A DNA stretch of 64,000 bases from the NCBI GenBank assembly GCA_041746255.1, contig JBGTHM010000039.1, forward strand, positions 1 through 64,000, written 5' to 3'. The notes beneath the pieces were generated by a model, which was not told the origin of the DNA, made no database searches, and worked only from the letters and a program-made list of their open reading frames with translations. The DNA is from Fibrobacteria bacterium (lineage in GTDB: Bacteria > Fibrobacterota > Fibrobacteria > UBA11236). Positions 39,547 to 49,949 of this stretch are shown piece after piece (the first letter of the stretch is position 1; each line of letters opens with the position of its first letter). A program made the position numbers and the translations under genes.

Positions 39547-41823
39547 ATGATATTGCGATGGTTACCTTGGAAATACGTCATTCGCCGCGCCGCGCATGCG
39601 CATGGCTTCCTCGATCCTCTATCCATACTTGGCCGCCTGGGAAATTTCGCGCAACCTTCCGAAGTCACCGAGCCGGTGGAGTTGTTGCGCGCCGGACTGG
39701 TCTTCCATGCCCGGGGCCTAATCAATACCCGCGCCATTCAGAACAATCTCGACTGGGTGTGGCCTTATTGGGTGGAGCGCCAGTTTAATCCGCGCGATCC
39801 TTCTTTTATCCCCCGGGGTTTTTCCTTCAGCCATATCAATCTCTCGCACCGGAATTGGACCGCGGTAGGCGTGCCCGACTGTCCGTTTCTACCCTTGGTC
39901 GATCCTACCGGGTTGGTCACGCCTTTTATCGATGGTTGGTCGCTCGACGGTTGGATATTGCGTGAAGACGGAACCCGACTGCTTCCTTCCAAACTCAAGG
40001 AAAACAAGGAAATCCATCAAAACCTGATTCTGGAACCGGACGGGTTCGCCGTGGAAACGCAGGTTAAAAAAGGCGATATGACTTTGAAAAGCCGGGTGGA
40101 AGTGATTCTAAACGATGGGGAGCCTTATTGCATTATCCGCTACGAAGCGAAATCGCGCAAGCCGGGATGGGTGGCCGTATCCCTTCGGCCTTATAATCCG
40201 GAAGGGGTGAGCTTTGTAAAAAGCGTGCATTTTCACCCCGGGCAGGCTATCTGGACGATCAATGGCGAGCCTTGCGTCCGGTTCGTGGAGCCGGTGGAAA
40301 GTCATGCGGTATCCGAATATCGCCAAGGCGACGTATTGTCGCAATTGCCGCATCCCTCTCCCAATCTTTACCAAACCCAATGCAAGGTGGAAATGGCCAC
40401 CGCGGCGGCTTTGTTCCCTCTCGACGACAAAGGCCGGGGAGTGGTCACGGTTCAGGTGAAGTTGCACAAGGACAAGGAAACCCTGGACCGGTTCGGCAAA
40501 AAATATAAGGCGGTTCCCTGGCAGAAGGCTTTGGCCGAAACCTGCTCACTCAGCGTCCCTGATACCCGGTTTCAAAATCTTTTCGACATCGCGGTGCGAT
40601 CTTTGTTATTGCATTCGCCGGGAGAGGTTTTTCCCGGGCCTTACACGTATAAGCGATTCTGGTTTCGCGACGCGGCGTTTATGCTCGATGCCCTGCTGGC
40701 GGTCAACCTTCCGGATAGGGTCCGTCGCACCCTGGAGATTTTCCCGGAAAAGCAGACGGTAATGGGCTATTTTCTCTCCCAGGAAGGCGAGTGGGATTCC
40801 AATGGCGAAGCCATATGGATAATCAACCGTTATTGCGAGGTAACCCGCTCCTCTGCTCCCGAACATCTGCTCAACGCAGTGCGCCGAGGGGCGGAATGGA
40901 TTTGCCGCAAACGTATCCGGGGCGGTAAAGACGAACGGGTGGAAGGCCTGTTTCCCGCGGGTTTCAGCGCCGAACATCTGGGTCCCAACGACTTCTATTA
41001 CTGGGACGATTTCTGGGGCGTGGCGGGATTGCGCGCCGCAGCGGCGCTCTTTGATCGCGATGGATACGCCCAAGAGGCGGAACGGTTCCGAAGAGAAGCG
41101 GACGATTTTCAACAGGCGATAGATAGGAGTATAGCCCTCACCCAGAAAGAAGGCGGCTTGGGCCGAGCCGTTCCGGCGGCTCCCCGCAGACGCATGGACT
41201 CGGGAGCCGTGGGATCCCTCGCGGCGTCATACCCATTGAAGCTCTATCCCTTAGCTGATGAGCGTATGTTGGAAACCGCCCTCTATTTGCGCAAGCACCA
41301 TAGCGTACGTGGGGCCTTCTTCCAGGATATGATCCATTCCGGCATCAACGCCTACCTCACCTTGCATATCGCCCAGGTCTTGCTGCGCGCGGGCGATGCC
41401 GGGCATTTTGAATTGGTGGAGAAGGTGGTCGACCTCGCGTCGCCGACGGGTCAATGGCCCGAAGCCATCCATCCCCATACCTTGGGCGGTTGCATGGGGG
41501 ATGGCCACCATGCCTGGGCCTCGGCCGAGTGGGTATTGATGATACGCAGCCTGTTCCTGATAGAGGAGGAGGATTCTCTCATCCTTTGTGCAGGCATTCC
41601 ACGCAAATGGCTGGATCAGGGGAGTCCTCTGCGTTTCGGCCCGACACCTACCCGGTTCGGTACCGTTACCGTCCATGTCCGCCCTGAAAAAGGCCGGGTG
41701 AAAGTGGCCTGGGAGGCCGATTGGAAAGGGCCGCAGCCCCGGATTGAGGTGCGCCTCGAGGGCGCGGAAACGGCGGAGAGGCCTGCGAAAGGTATTGCTG
41801 CGGTGGCGATAGACCGGGTTTAA
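39547..41823 (+). CDS. Putative (alpha/alpha)6-barrel glycoside hydrolase / phosphorylase-like protein
   Basis: PGP.TY.RFWFRDAAF, EWDSNG, YYWDDFW..AGL, W.E, GDGHHAWA.AE. AAGGAG RBS. Confidence 0.7.
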   Translation: MILRWLPWKYVIRRAAHAHGFLDPLSILGRLGNFAQPSEVTEPVELLRAGLVFHARGLINTRAIQNNLDWVWPYWVERQFNPRDPSFIPRGFSFSHINLSHRNWTAVGVPDCPFLPLVDPTGLVTPFIDGWSLDGWILREDGTRLLPSKLKENKEIHQNLILEPDGFAVETQVKKGDMTLKSRVEVILNDGEPYCIIRYEAKSRKPGWVAVSLRPYNPEGVSFVKSVHFHPGQAIWTINGEPCVRFVEPVESHAVSEYRQGDVLSQLPHPSPNLYQTQCKVEMATAAALFPLDDKGRGVVTVQVKLHKDKETLDRFGKKYKAVPWQKALAETCSLSVPDTRFQNLFDIAVRSLLLHSPGEVFPGPYTYKRFWFRDAAFMLDALLAVNLPDRVRRTLEIFPEKQTVMGYFLSQEGEWDSNGEAIWIINRYCEVTRSSAPEHLLNAVRRGAEWICRKRIRGGKDERVEGLFPAGFSAEHLGPNDFYYWDDFWGVAGLRAAAALFDRDGYAQEAERFRREADDFQQAIDRSIALTQKEGGLGRAVPAAPRRRMDSGAVGSLAASYPLKLYPLADERMLETALYLRKHHSVRGAFFQDMIHSGINAYLTLHIAQVLLRAGDAGHFELVEKVVDLASPTGQWPEAIHPHTLGGCMGDGHHAWASAEWVLMIRSLFLIEEEDSLILCAGIPRKWLDQGSPLRFGPTPTRFGTVTVHVRPEKGRVKVAWEADWKGPQPRIEVRLEGAETAERPAKGIAAVAIDRV

Positions 41824-41951
41824 ACTGAAAGGCCCATTCCCGACTTCCTCGGTCTAGGGGAGTTCCCGATAGGCCACGTGACCGGCCTAAAAACAGGCCA
41901 ACCTTAGTATATTAAACCCAATCCCCATCCTAAACTGGAGAGTGTGCGCTG

Positions 41952-43238
41952 ATGACTATGAAAATGCATTTTGCGGGAATTCGGACCGCATGGATTCTCT
42001 TGATTTTTTCCCTTTCTTCCGTGACCGCTAAACCGTTACAACTCTGGGTGAACTCCGATACGGACCGAAAATATTATGAGAACATGGTCAAGCTTTACCA
42101 GAAAGACTTCGATCCGAAGTTCAAAATGGATATTCGCTCCTACGGTTTCGTCGAGATGCCCGACAAGCTTTCCATCGCCATTAAAACCGGCATCAACGCG
42201 CCCGACATCGTGCAAATCGATGAGCTCTATTTCAGCCTCTTTTTGAAACCCGACGACATGCCTTTTCTCGATCTCACCGAAAGGATCAAGAAAAGCGGCC
42301 TTGAGCGCGGAATGATGCCGCAACGGATGCGCCTCTTCGAGCATAAGAATCGATATTACGGGCTCCCCCAATCCATCAGCGCGGTGGTGCTTTACTACCG
42401 GGCCGACGTCTTCGAAGAATTGCAGATTTCCCCGCGCTCCATCGACACCTGGGACAAATTCATGGAAGTGGGCAGGCGGCTGAAAACCGGCAACCGCTCG
42501 CTTCTGGCTATGGATTGGTCTTATTTCGAAATTCTCTTGCGCCAGCGTGGCTATGACCTCTTCGATACCGACGGCAAAGATCGCCTGCTGGATTCCGTGA
42601 CGGTGGAAACCCTGGACTTTCTGGTGAAGATGTCCCAGGAGGGAGTCGGTGAAAATCCGGACCGGGGTTCCATTTTCGATGCGACTTTTTTCGGCGGCGA
42701 CGTAGCGAATAACGAAGTGATGGCTATCATGGGCGCGGGCTGGTACGGGCTGGATATGATTCAAAATCTCTCTCCCCCGGAATTAATCGGCAAGTGGAGG
42801 GCAATGCCGCTGCCGACCTGGACCGACGACAAATCGAATAAACGCACCACTTCCACATTTTCCGGTCAAGGCCTGGTTCTATTTTCGAAAACCAAGCGGG
42901 CCGACGATGCCTGGAAATTCGTACAATGGGTGATGGAAAACCCGGAAGCCAATGTACAACGCTACCTGCAGGGCAATTGCATTACGCCTTTCCGGCCGGC
43001 ATGGGTGGATATGCGCTTCAACCGTCCCGACTCCACTTTCGGAGGCCAGTCGCTGGGCGCGATAACTCTTGAACTCGCATCCCAAGTTCCCGCCATGGTT
43101 CAGGACCCACGCCGGATTATCGTAGTCAATTTGCTACGCGAAAATTACTGGCAATCCCTGATGGATGGAACGACAAGCGCGAAGGAGGTGCTTACCGCAA
43201 TTCGCGCTGAACTGGGCAAGGGGAAATCCCGGAAATAA
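41952..43238 (+). CDS. Carbohydrate ABC transporter substrate-binding protein
   Basis: Signal peptide, APDIVQ, YYGLP, LYYRADVFE, TWD.F, AWKFVQW. Confidence 0.9.
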   Translation: MTMKMHFAGIRTAWILLIFSLSSVTAKPLQLWVNSDTDRKYYENMVKLYQKDFDPKFKMDIRSYGFVEMPDKLSIAIKTGINAPDIVQIDELYFSLFLKPDDMPFLDLTERIKKSGLERGMMPQRMRLFEHKNRYYGLPQSISAVVLYYRADVFEELQISPRSIDTWDKFMEVGRRLKTGNRSLLAMDWSYFEILLRQRGYDLFDTDGKDRLLDSVTVETLDFLVKMSQEGVGENPDRGSIFDATFFGGDVANNEVMAIMGAGWYGLDMIQNLSPPELIGKWRAMPLPTWTDDKSNKRTTSTFSGQGLVLFSKTKRADDAWKFVQWVMENPEANVQRYLQGNCITPFRPAWVDMRFNRPDSTFGGQSLGAITLELASQVPAMVQDPRRIIVVNLLRENYWQSLMDGTTSAKEVLTAIRAELGKGKSRK

Positions 43239-43250
43239 TGGGGGAGAGCC

Positions 43251-44138
43251 ATGAGCGCCCAGCCTGGCTTGAAACCTTTCCCCAAAGCCTATTTAGCGCC
43301 CTTTTTATTGGGGTATTTGGCTTTTTGGCTCATCCCCCTGGTGGAGGGCTTCGGGTTAAGTCTGCAAAGCGACACGCGCTTTAAGCAAAGCGAATTCGTG
43401 GGTGCGCAACACTATCTCAACCTTTTAGACGATGGCCGGTTTTTCACGGCCTTGCAGAATACGGGCCTCTATGCTTTTGGCACCATTGCGGTCATATTGC
43501 CCTTGTCCCTTTTGTTGGCAAGCCTGCTACGAGGCGCTTTAGGCCGATTACGCGGGATCTACGCTTTTCTCCTCCTGCTCCCCGGCTTGACCCCTCCTTC
43601 GGTACTGGCGTTTTTGTTCCTGATGGTATTCAGCGGCCCCAGGGGATATCTCAACGCCGGTCTCGAGCTTTTCGATTTGGGACCATTCGGTTGGTTTCAA
43701 GATCCCGTCTTCATCCGCCTGTCCTTGGTTTTACAGGCGGTATGGCGGTGGACGGGCTTCGCCACGCTTTTTCTGGCAGCGGGCATGGATTCCATCCCCC
43801 GATCACTTTATGAAACCGCGCGTTCCGAAGGGGCGGGGGTGTGGCAAAGATTCGTCCATGTAACTCTGCCGCTACTACGTAACGTAATCATCTTCGTCTG
43901 CGCGTTTTTATTGCTGGACGCCTTCGTGCTATTCGAAGGAGCATATGTTTTGCTGGGAAGCTCGGGCGGGCCGGGCGATGCCGGATTATTGCTGGTTTCC
44001 TATGCCTATTTCACCGCCTTTACCCTGGGGCGTTTCGGGTCCGCGGCGGCCATGAGCTTTTCGCTTATACCCCTGGTTTTGCTCATGCTCGGCGTTTTGT
44101 TTCTGGTTTTTGGACGACGACGCGGGAAGGAGGCTTAA
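43251..44138 (+). CDS. Carbohydrate ABC transporter permease
   Basis: FVG..HY, W..TGF, EAA loop IP.SLYETARSEGA..WQRF.HVTLPLL. Confidence 0.9.
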   Translation: MSAQPGLKPFPKAYLAPFLLGYLAFWLIPLVEGFGLSLQSDTRFKQSEFVGAQHYLNLLDDGRFFTALQNTGLYAFGTIAVILPLSLLLASLLRGALGRLRGIYAFLLLLPGLTPPSVLAFLFLMVFSGPRGYLNAGLELFDLGPFGWFQDPVFIRLSLVLQAVWRWTGFATLFLAAGMDSIPRSLYETARSEGAGVWQRFVHVTLPLLRNVIIFVCAFLLLDAFVLFEGAYVLLGSSGGPGDAGLLLVSYAYFTAFTLGRFGSAAAMSFSLIPLVLLMLGVLFLVFGRRRGKEA

Positions 44139-44145
44139 ACCCGTC

Positions 44146-45006
44146 ATGCTGCCTTCGCTGGGATTTAAAACTCTTTCTCCCGATCGTCGCCGCCTGGCAC
44201 AACGGATCGGCATCAGTTTGATGCTTTCCCTGCCCTGCGCCTTTTTCGCCTTTCCTTTTCTCTGGATGCTTTTCTCGGTTTCCAAAACCAATCTGGAGAT
44301 TTTCACTCCCCTTAAATTCTTTCCCGACGCTTATTCCTGGGATGCCTTTCGGGCGCTGCTGGGCGGCGAACATATTCCCTTCGTAAGGCAATACGCCAAT
44401 TCCCTGTTTATCGCTTCGGTGCAATCCGTGGGGGCGGTTGCCGTTTCCGCCACCGCCGGATTCGTTTTCGGCCGCTACGAATTTCCCTTTAGACGTACCC
44501 TGTTGGTGCTGGCCGTGTTTACCGTACTCATCCCCCGGCAGGTGCTGGTGCTTCCGCTATTTTTGTGGATGCACCGTTTGCATCTGCTTGATACGCCCTT
44601 CGCGGTTATCCTCCCCGGGGTGGTTACGGGCTTGGGAATCCTCTACTTCACCATGGTGTTCCGCAGGGTGCCGGGCCATTTGTTGGATGCCGCGCGCATG
44701 GAAGGAGCCTCCGAATACCGGGTGTTTCGTTTCGCGCTTCCGCTTGTCCTGCCCTCGCTGCTTACCTACGGGCTCATCCATTTTATCCTGGCCTGGCATG
44801 AGCATATCATTCCCCTGGTCATGCTCAACACGGAAACCCGCTTGACGGTGCCCTTGGCGCTGAGCAGCCTTTACGGGGGTGACATGCGCGTTCCCTACGC
44901 CATGCTCATGGTCGGCTCGCTGGTAACGGTATTGCCTACGGCATTGCTGTATTTTTTCTTGCGGCGCCATTTTCAATCATCCCTGGCCGACCTTACTTCG
45001 CGATAG
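44146..45006 (+). CDS. Carbohydrate ABC transporter permease
   Basis: NSLFIA, EAA loop VP..LLDAARMEGA.EYRVF. ATG 44146 follows GGAGG. Confidence 0.9.
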   Translation: MLPSLGFKTLSPDRRRLAQRIGISLMLSLPCAFFAFPFLWMLFSVSKTNLEIFTPLKFFPDAYSWDAFRALLGGEHIPFVRQYANSLFIASVQSVGAVAVSATAGFVFGRYEFPFRRTLLVLAVFTVLIPRQVLVLPLFLWMHRLHLLDTPFAVILPGVVTGLGILYFTMVFRRVPGHLLDAARMEGASEYRVFRFALPLVLPSLLTYGLIHFILAWHEHIIPLVMLNTETRLTVPLALSSLYGGDMRVPYAMLMVGSLVTVLPTALLYFFLRRHFQSSLADLTSR

Positions 45007-45016
45007 GAGGAGATGC

Positions 45017-46156
45017 TTGCCTTACCTTTCATTCCGAAATGTCGGTAAAACCTTTGCCGGTACGGTCAAAGCCGTAAACGATTTCACGCTGGAGATAGGC
45101 GAGGGTGAACTTGTCACCCTGGTTGGGCCGTCGGGATGCGGAAAATCCACTTTGTTGCGGCTGACGGCCGGGTTGGAAGACCTTACCACCGGTGAAATCC
45201 TGCTCGCGGGCAAACCCGTGCACCACCTTCCCCCCGGGCGTCGCGACATGGCCATGATGTTCCAGGATTATGCGCTGTTCCCGCATATGACGGTGGAGGA
45301 AAACATGGGCTTCGGCCTGCGCATGCGGGGCCATGCCAAACGCGAGGTCTCGGAAAGCGTGCGCGAAACCGCCGCTTCGTTGGGATTGGGCGACTTGCTG
45401 GCCCGCTTTCCTTCCGAATTGTCGGGAGGGCAAAGACAACGTACCGCTTTGGGGAGGGCCATATTGCGCCGTCCCCGCGTTTTTCTGATGGACGAGCCCT
45501 TATCGAATCTTGACGCCGAGCTGCGCCAGCGTATGCGCGTGGAGCTTAAAGAATTGCACGGACGCCTCAAGACCACCATGCTTTTTGTTACTCACGATCA
45601 AAGCGAGGCCATGACCCTGGGCGACCGCATCGTGGTCCTGCGCGACGGGACTATCCAGCAGGTTGACACGCCGCTTAGGCTATACAACAAGCCTGAAAAT
45701 GAATTCGTGGCGGGTTTTTTCGGCTCTCCCGGAATGAATCTCCTGCCGGGCCACGTCGAGAAGGATGACGGAGGCCTTTGGTTTCGGGGTGCAGGGTTCC
45801 GGGTAAGAATCGCCACGGGTGAAGCGACGCTCAGGGATGCATCCGGAGCGGAAGTCGTCGAAGTCACTCTGGGTGTGCGGCCGGAGGGTTTCACCCACAA
45901 GGATGAGTCCGTTACCCGAGAAGGGGAGGGAATCGAAGGAAGGGTAAGGCTTTGGGAACAAATGGGTTCGCACCTGCTGCTTTATTTGCGCTGCGGGTCC
46001 GCGGAGGTGGTGGCGCGCATGGAAAGTGGGTGGGAATCCGCCGCGATTCCCCATGTAGGTGAGGCCTTGCGACTCTCCATCGACATGGCGCAGGCACATT
46101 TTTTCGCAAAAAAGACGGGGATGCGGCTAACCCTGACAACGGCCGTCGCAAGTTGA
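45017..46156 (+). CDS. Carbohydrate ABC transporter ATP-binding protein (MalK/UgpC-like)
   Basis: GPSGCGKST, FQDYALFPHM, LSGGQRQR, MDEPLSNLDA, VTHDQ.EA, FGSP.MN. Confidence 0.93.
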   Translation: MPYLSFRNVGKTFAGTVKAVNDFTLEIGEGELVTLVGPSGCGKSTLLRLTAGLEDLTTGEILLAGKPVHHLPPGRRDMAMMFQDYALFPHMTVEENMGFGLRMRGHAKREVSESVRETAASLGLGDLLARFPSELSGGQRQRTALGRAILRRPRVFLMDEPLSNLDAELRQRMRVELKELHGRLKTTMLFVTHDQSEAMTLGDRIVVLRDGTIQQVDTPLRLYNKPENEFVAGFFGSPGMNLLPGHVEKDDGGLWFRGAGFRVRIATGEATLRDASGAEVVEVTLGVRPEGFTHKDESVTREGEGIEGRVRLWEQMGSHLLLYLRCGSAEVVARMESGWESAAIPHVGEALRLSIDMAQAHFFAKKTGMRLTLTTAVAS

Positions 46157-46176
46157 ATAGATGCGACGGGGACGAT

Positions 46177-47346
46177 TCACATTAGAGCCATAAGTAGCGA
46201 ATCCGGAGCGGAAAAAAAACAAGCCTTCTCGGCGGAGGCCGAAACCGCTTCCTGCAAGGCCGGGTCCCGGGTGACGAAAAAGGCGGTAACCCGGGCGCCA
46301 TGGTTCTTGGCGACCTTAATCATGGGGAGATCCGCCCAGGTATCCCCGCAAATAAGCGCCTCTCCGGTCAGGGGTATTTTCAGGCGGCTCGAAAGGAACA
46401 AGAGTCCGTCTCCCTTGGTGAACTCCCGGAGCGAGCCCCCCGGTCCGCTTTCATCGACGGTCAGGAGAATTTCCACATCGAGTCCGGTATCTTCCAGCCG
46501 GAAATACTTTTGTTCGGGATCGGTTTCCCAAACGGCGGCTTCCACTTCAGCCTTGAATTGCGCGCTTAAAGCCGGGGAGGCCGAACGGGCGATGTCCTGT
46601 ATCGCTACCGTAAGTTGACCGAACTTTTTTTGCATTCCCGAACCAATGCGTGCAAACAGGCCGTAATGCGGAAGTTGCAGGAGGCGAGTGAGTTTTTCCT
46701 CCAGGCGTAAAAGTTTTTCCTCCTGGTCGGGGAGCAGCGTGTCGTGGCCGCAAAGGCCGTCGGGAGTCGAATACTCTCTGCCCTTCGACCCGGCATAAAC
46801 ACAGAGGTCCGACGGCATGACGTTGACATCGACCAGCCCGCCTCCTTTTAGTGGTGCGGAGGTCAGTACCATGGCCCGGGTGCAATACGCACGGATGAAG
46901 CGGGAGAGGATGACGGCGGCGTGTACCGGTTGCACCGAAGACCAATATCGGGCGCAATAATTATTGATGGTTCCGTCGCGGTCGGCGACCAGGATATCGA
47001 GTTTCGCGCCGGCCAGGGCCGCGGACCCGCTTTCGGCTTCCTGCTCCCATTGTGGATGTGATCCCCGCCACCATTTCCGGAAACTTCCGGCGTCCCGGCT
47101 CAAGTAGACGTCGTCTTTCTGCGATTCTCGGATTTCATAACCGATATCCAATGCCACCGGTTTTTCCGCTTCAAGAAACAGACGGAGGCCATCACGCTCC
47201 GGCAGGCTCGATAATTTCTGTAAATAATGTAACAAAAAATCGATATCCTTTTTTTGCGGAGATTCGTCGGCCAATAACCGGGAAGCCACGCGGGCGCGTG
47301 TAGCCCTCAAAATCGGCATGCTTTCGCGGAATTCCTTAAGATTCAT
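46177..47346 (-). CDS. HAD phosphatase resembling nematode-type (GOB-1) trehalose-6-phosphate phosphatase
   Basis: DRDGTINNYCARY.SSVQP, LTSAPL, GS.GRE, GSG.QKK, DTGLDVEI, F.KGDG, GDT..DLPM, with a helical N-terminal domain. Confidence 0.75.
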   Translation of the reverse strand: MNLKEFRESMPILRATRARVASRLLADESPQKKDIDFLLHYLQKLSSLPERDGLRLFLEAEKPVALDIGYEIRESQKDDVYLSRDAGSFRKWWRGSHPQWEQEAESGSAALAGAKLDILVADRDGTINNYCARYWSSVQPVHAAVILSRFIRAYCTRAMVLTSAPLKGGGLVDVNVMPSDLCVYAGSKGREYSTPDGLCGHDTLLPDQEEKLLRLEEKLTRLLQLPHYGLFARIGSGMQKKFGQLTVAIQDIARSASPALSAQFKAEVEAAVWETDPEQKYFRLEDTGLDVEILLTVDESGPGGSLREFTKGDGLLFLSSRLKIPLTGEALICGDTWADLPMIKVAKNHGARVTAFFVTRDPALQEAVSASAEKACFFSAPDSLLMALM

Positions 47347-47559
47347 TGTCGAGTGGGAATAGAAAGCGGGCATGGTTCAAAAAGTAAAACCTTCCCCAGC
47401 GCCGCAAAGGGGTATTCTGCGAAAATAACGCTGGATCGGTGCGTAGAGGAAAAACTATTTTGGGGCGAATGCCGGAAAGTTATTACAATTCGAGGTAACA
47501 CCCAAAATCAGGAAGGACAATCAACCGCGTCCTTCCATTCAGCCATAAGGAGACTTCCC

Positions 47560-49797
47560 ATGCGCTTGGTGGTCGTTTCGAACCGTTTACCCTTTACGGT
47601 GGTGGAAAAAGAGGGCAAGCTGCGTTTTAAAGCCAGTTCCGGAGGATTGGTCAGCGGTCTGGGCGCATATATCGATAAGATGCGCTCCCTGGGCCACGCA
47701 GCGGAAACCCTGTGGGTGGGCTGGCCCGGTATCACAGTCGATAAACCGGAATTGCGGGCCGGCCTCAAGGCCAAGGCCTTGTCCGATCACTCCGCCTACC
47801 CGGTTTTTCTCTCCGAAGAGGCGATGGATAATTTTTACTTCGGTTTTTGCAACGGCACGCTCTGGCCGCTATGCCATTATTTCCCCACCTTCGCGAAATA
47901 CGAAGAGGAATATTGGGAAGTATACCGCGAAGTCAACCAGGCTTTTTGTGACGCGCTGCTTGAGATAGCCCAACCGGGCGATATTTTCTGGGTACACGAT
48001 TATCAGCTCATGTTGTTGCCGGCGATGTTGCGCGCCCGCATGCCCGAGGCCCTCATCGGATTCTTTTTTCACATCCCCTTCCCATCCTTCGAGATTTTCC
48101 GCTTACTGCCTCGAACATGGCGAGAGCAGCTGTTGGAAGGCCTTAACGGTTCCGACTTGGTGGGATTCCATACCAACGATTATACGCAAAACTTCTTACG
48201 CTCCTGTTTGCGAAACCTCGGTTTGGAGCATAACCTAGGCTACCTCTCGCAGGGCGAACGCACTTGGAAAGCCGATACCTTTCCCATGGGCATCGATTTC
48301 GACAAATACCATGACGCCGTCGGCACCCCCGGAGTGGTCAAGGAGGCGGACAAGTTGCGCCGGAAAATGGAGAACGTCCGTACGGTATTTTCCGTCGACA
48401 GGCTCGATTACAGCAAAGGCATCCTCAATCGGCTGGAGGGTTACGCACAATTTCTGGCCGACAACCCCGATTGGCACCGCCGCGTCATCCTTATCATGGT
48501 GGTGGTGCCTTCCCGCACGGGCGTGGAGCAGTACCAGATCATGAAGCGGCAGGTGGATGAGGCCGTAGGCCGCATCAACGGGGAATATGGCGACGTGCAT
48601 TGGACGCCGGTTCTCTACCAGTACCGTTCCGTTTCCTTCGATCAACTCATCGCCCTCTATAGCTTGAGCGACGTGGCCCTTTTGACGCCGCTTCGCGACG
48701 GCATGAATCTCGTCGCCAAGGAATATGTGGCGGCCCGCGCCGACCAGACGGGGGTGCTCATTCTCAGCGAGATGGCCGGAGCCGCCAAGGAAATGGGAGA
48801 GGCCCTAATCGTAAACCCCAACCATAAAAAGGAAATTGCGGAGGCCATCCGTACCGCCTTGGACATGCCGGTGCAGGAACAGGTACGTAATATCCAGGCC
48901 CTGCAAGATCGGCTTCGTCGCTATAGCGTCTTCCGGTGGGCCGAGGATTTCGTGGAAAGGCTGCGTGAAGTCAGAGCGAGACAAAAGCAGATGGAGTCGC
49001 GCCTCCTCACCCAGGATAAACGCCAGGAAATGCTGGAGGCATTCGCCAAAGCTAAAAACCCCCTGCTGTTCCTGGACTGCGAGGGCACCTTGATGCCTAT
49101 GCCGCTGGATACCAAACAGGTGTCTCCCGATGAGGAATTGGTGGAGTTGCTGGGCTCCCTGGCCTCAGATGGAAAGAGCCGCGTGGTATTGCTCAGCGGA
49201 CGCGACAAGGAATCGGTGGAATCGTGGTTCGGCGAATTGCCGGTGGATTTGGTGGCGGAGCACGGCGTATGGATCCGCGATCAGGCACGGGCGTGGAGTC
49301 TCATTCTCCCCATGCACGCGGAGTGGAAATCCACCCTGATTCCCTTGCTGAATGCCTATGTGGACCGGCTTCCGCGTTCGCGCCTTATTGAAAAGGAATT
49401 TTCCCTGGCCTTTCACTACCGCCAATCCGATCCGGAACAGGCGTTTTTGCGCGCCAGTGAATTATTGGACGATTTGGTGGGTCTCACATCCAATTTCGGA
49501 CTGCAAATCCTGGAAGGTTACAAAGTCATCGAAATTCACAATGCCGGCGTCAATAAACATGCCGCTGCCATGCATTGGCTGGCCGAGGTGAACCCGGATT
49601 TCGTGTTGGGGATTGGGGATGACCGTACCGACGAAGACCTTTTCCGGGCTCTGCCGGAAAACGGCTATTCCATCAAGGTAGGAGCGAGCAAATCCTTCGC
49701 ACGTTTCAACCTCTCCCAAAGGGACGATGTGCGGAAACTCCTGCTTCATATGGTGCAGGCCAATCAGGTGGCGGGAGGCGTGTCTTTGAGAGTTTAG
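47560..49797 (+). CDS. otsAB: Bifunctional-type trehalose-6-phosphate synthase / phosphatase fusion
   Basis: VSNRLP, GGLV, WVGWPG, WVHDYQL, HIPFP, DRLDYSKG, DGMNLVAKEY. HAD domain with DCEGT, SGR, AEHG, GDDRTDEDLF. Confidence 0.92.
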   Translation: MRLVVVSNRLPFTVVEKEGKLRFKASSGGLVSGLGAYIDKMRSLGHAAETLWVGWPGITVDKPELRAGLKAKALSDHSAYPVFLSEEAMDNFYFGFCNGTLWPLCHYFPTFAKYEEEYWEVYREVNQAFCDALLEIAQPGDIFWVHDYQLMLLPAMLRARMPEALIGFFFHIPFPSFEIFRLLPRTWREQLLEGLNGSDLVGFHTNDYTQNFLRSCLRNLGLEHNLGYLSQGERTWKADTFPMGIDFDKYHDAVGTPGVVKEADKLRRKMENVRTVFSVDRLDYSKGILNRLEGYAQFLADNPDWHRRVILIMVVVPSRTGVEQYQIMKRQVDEAVGRINGEYGDVHWTPVLYQYRSVSFDQLIALYSLSDVALLTPLRDGMNLVAKEYVAARADQTGVLILSEMAGAAKEMGEALIVNPNHKKEIAEAIRTALDMPVQEQVRNIQALQDRLRRYSVFRWAEDFVERLREVRARQKQMESRLLTQDKRQEMLEAFAKAKNPLLFLDCEGTLMPMPLDTKQVSPDEELVELLGSLASDGKSRVVLLSGRDKESVESWFGELPVDLVAEHGVWIRDQARAWSLILPMHAEWKSTLIPLLNAYVDRLPRSRLIEKEFSLAFHYRQSDPEQAFLRASELLDDLVGLTSNFGLQILEGYKVIEIHNAGVNKHAAAMHWLAEVNPDFVLGIGDDRTDEDLFRALPENGYSIKVGASKSFARFNLSQRDDVRKLLLHMVQANQVAGGVSLRV

Positions 49798-49949
49798 CGG
49801 TACTGGAGTAATGGCAAGGGCCCTGCGATAAAGCGGGTACCTGCTGGTTCAATCGGCCCGATGGGATGTGAACCTGCGCCGTAATAATACACTTTTTATC
49901 CCCTCAAACGGTTGCGGGTCGCAATTCGACACAACAGGAATTTTGCGCG

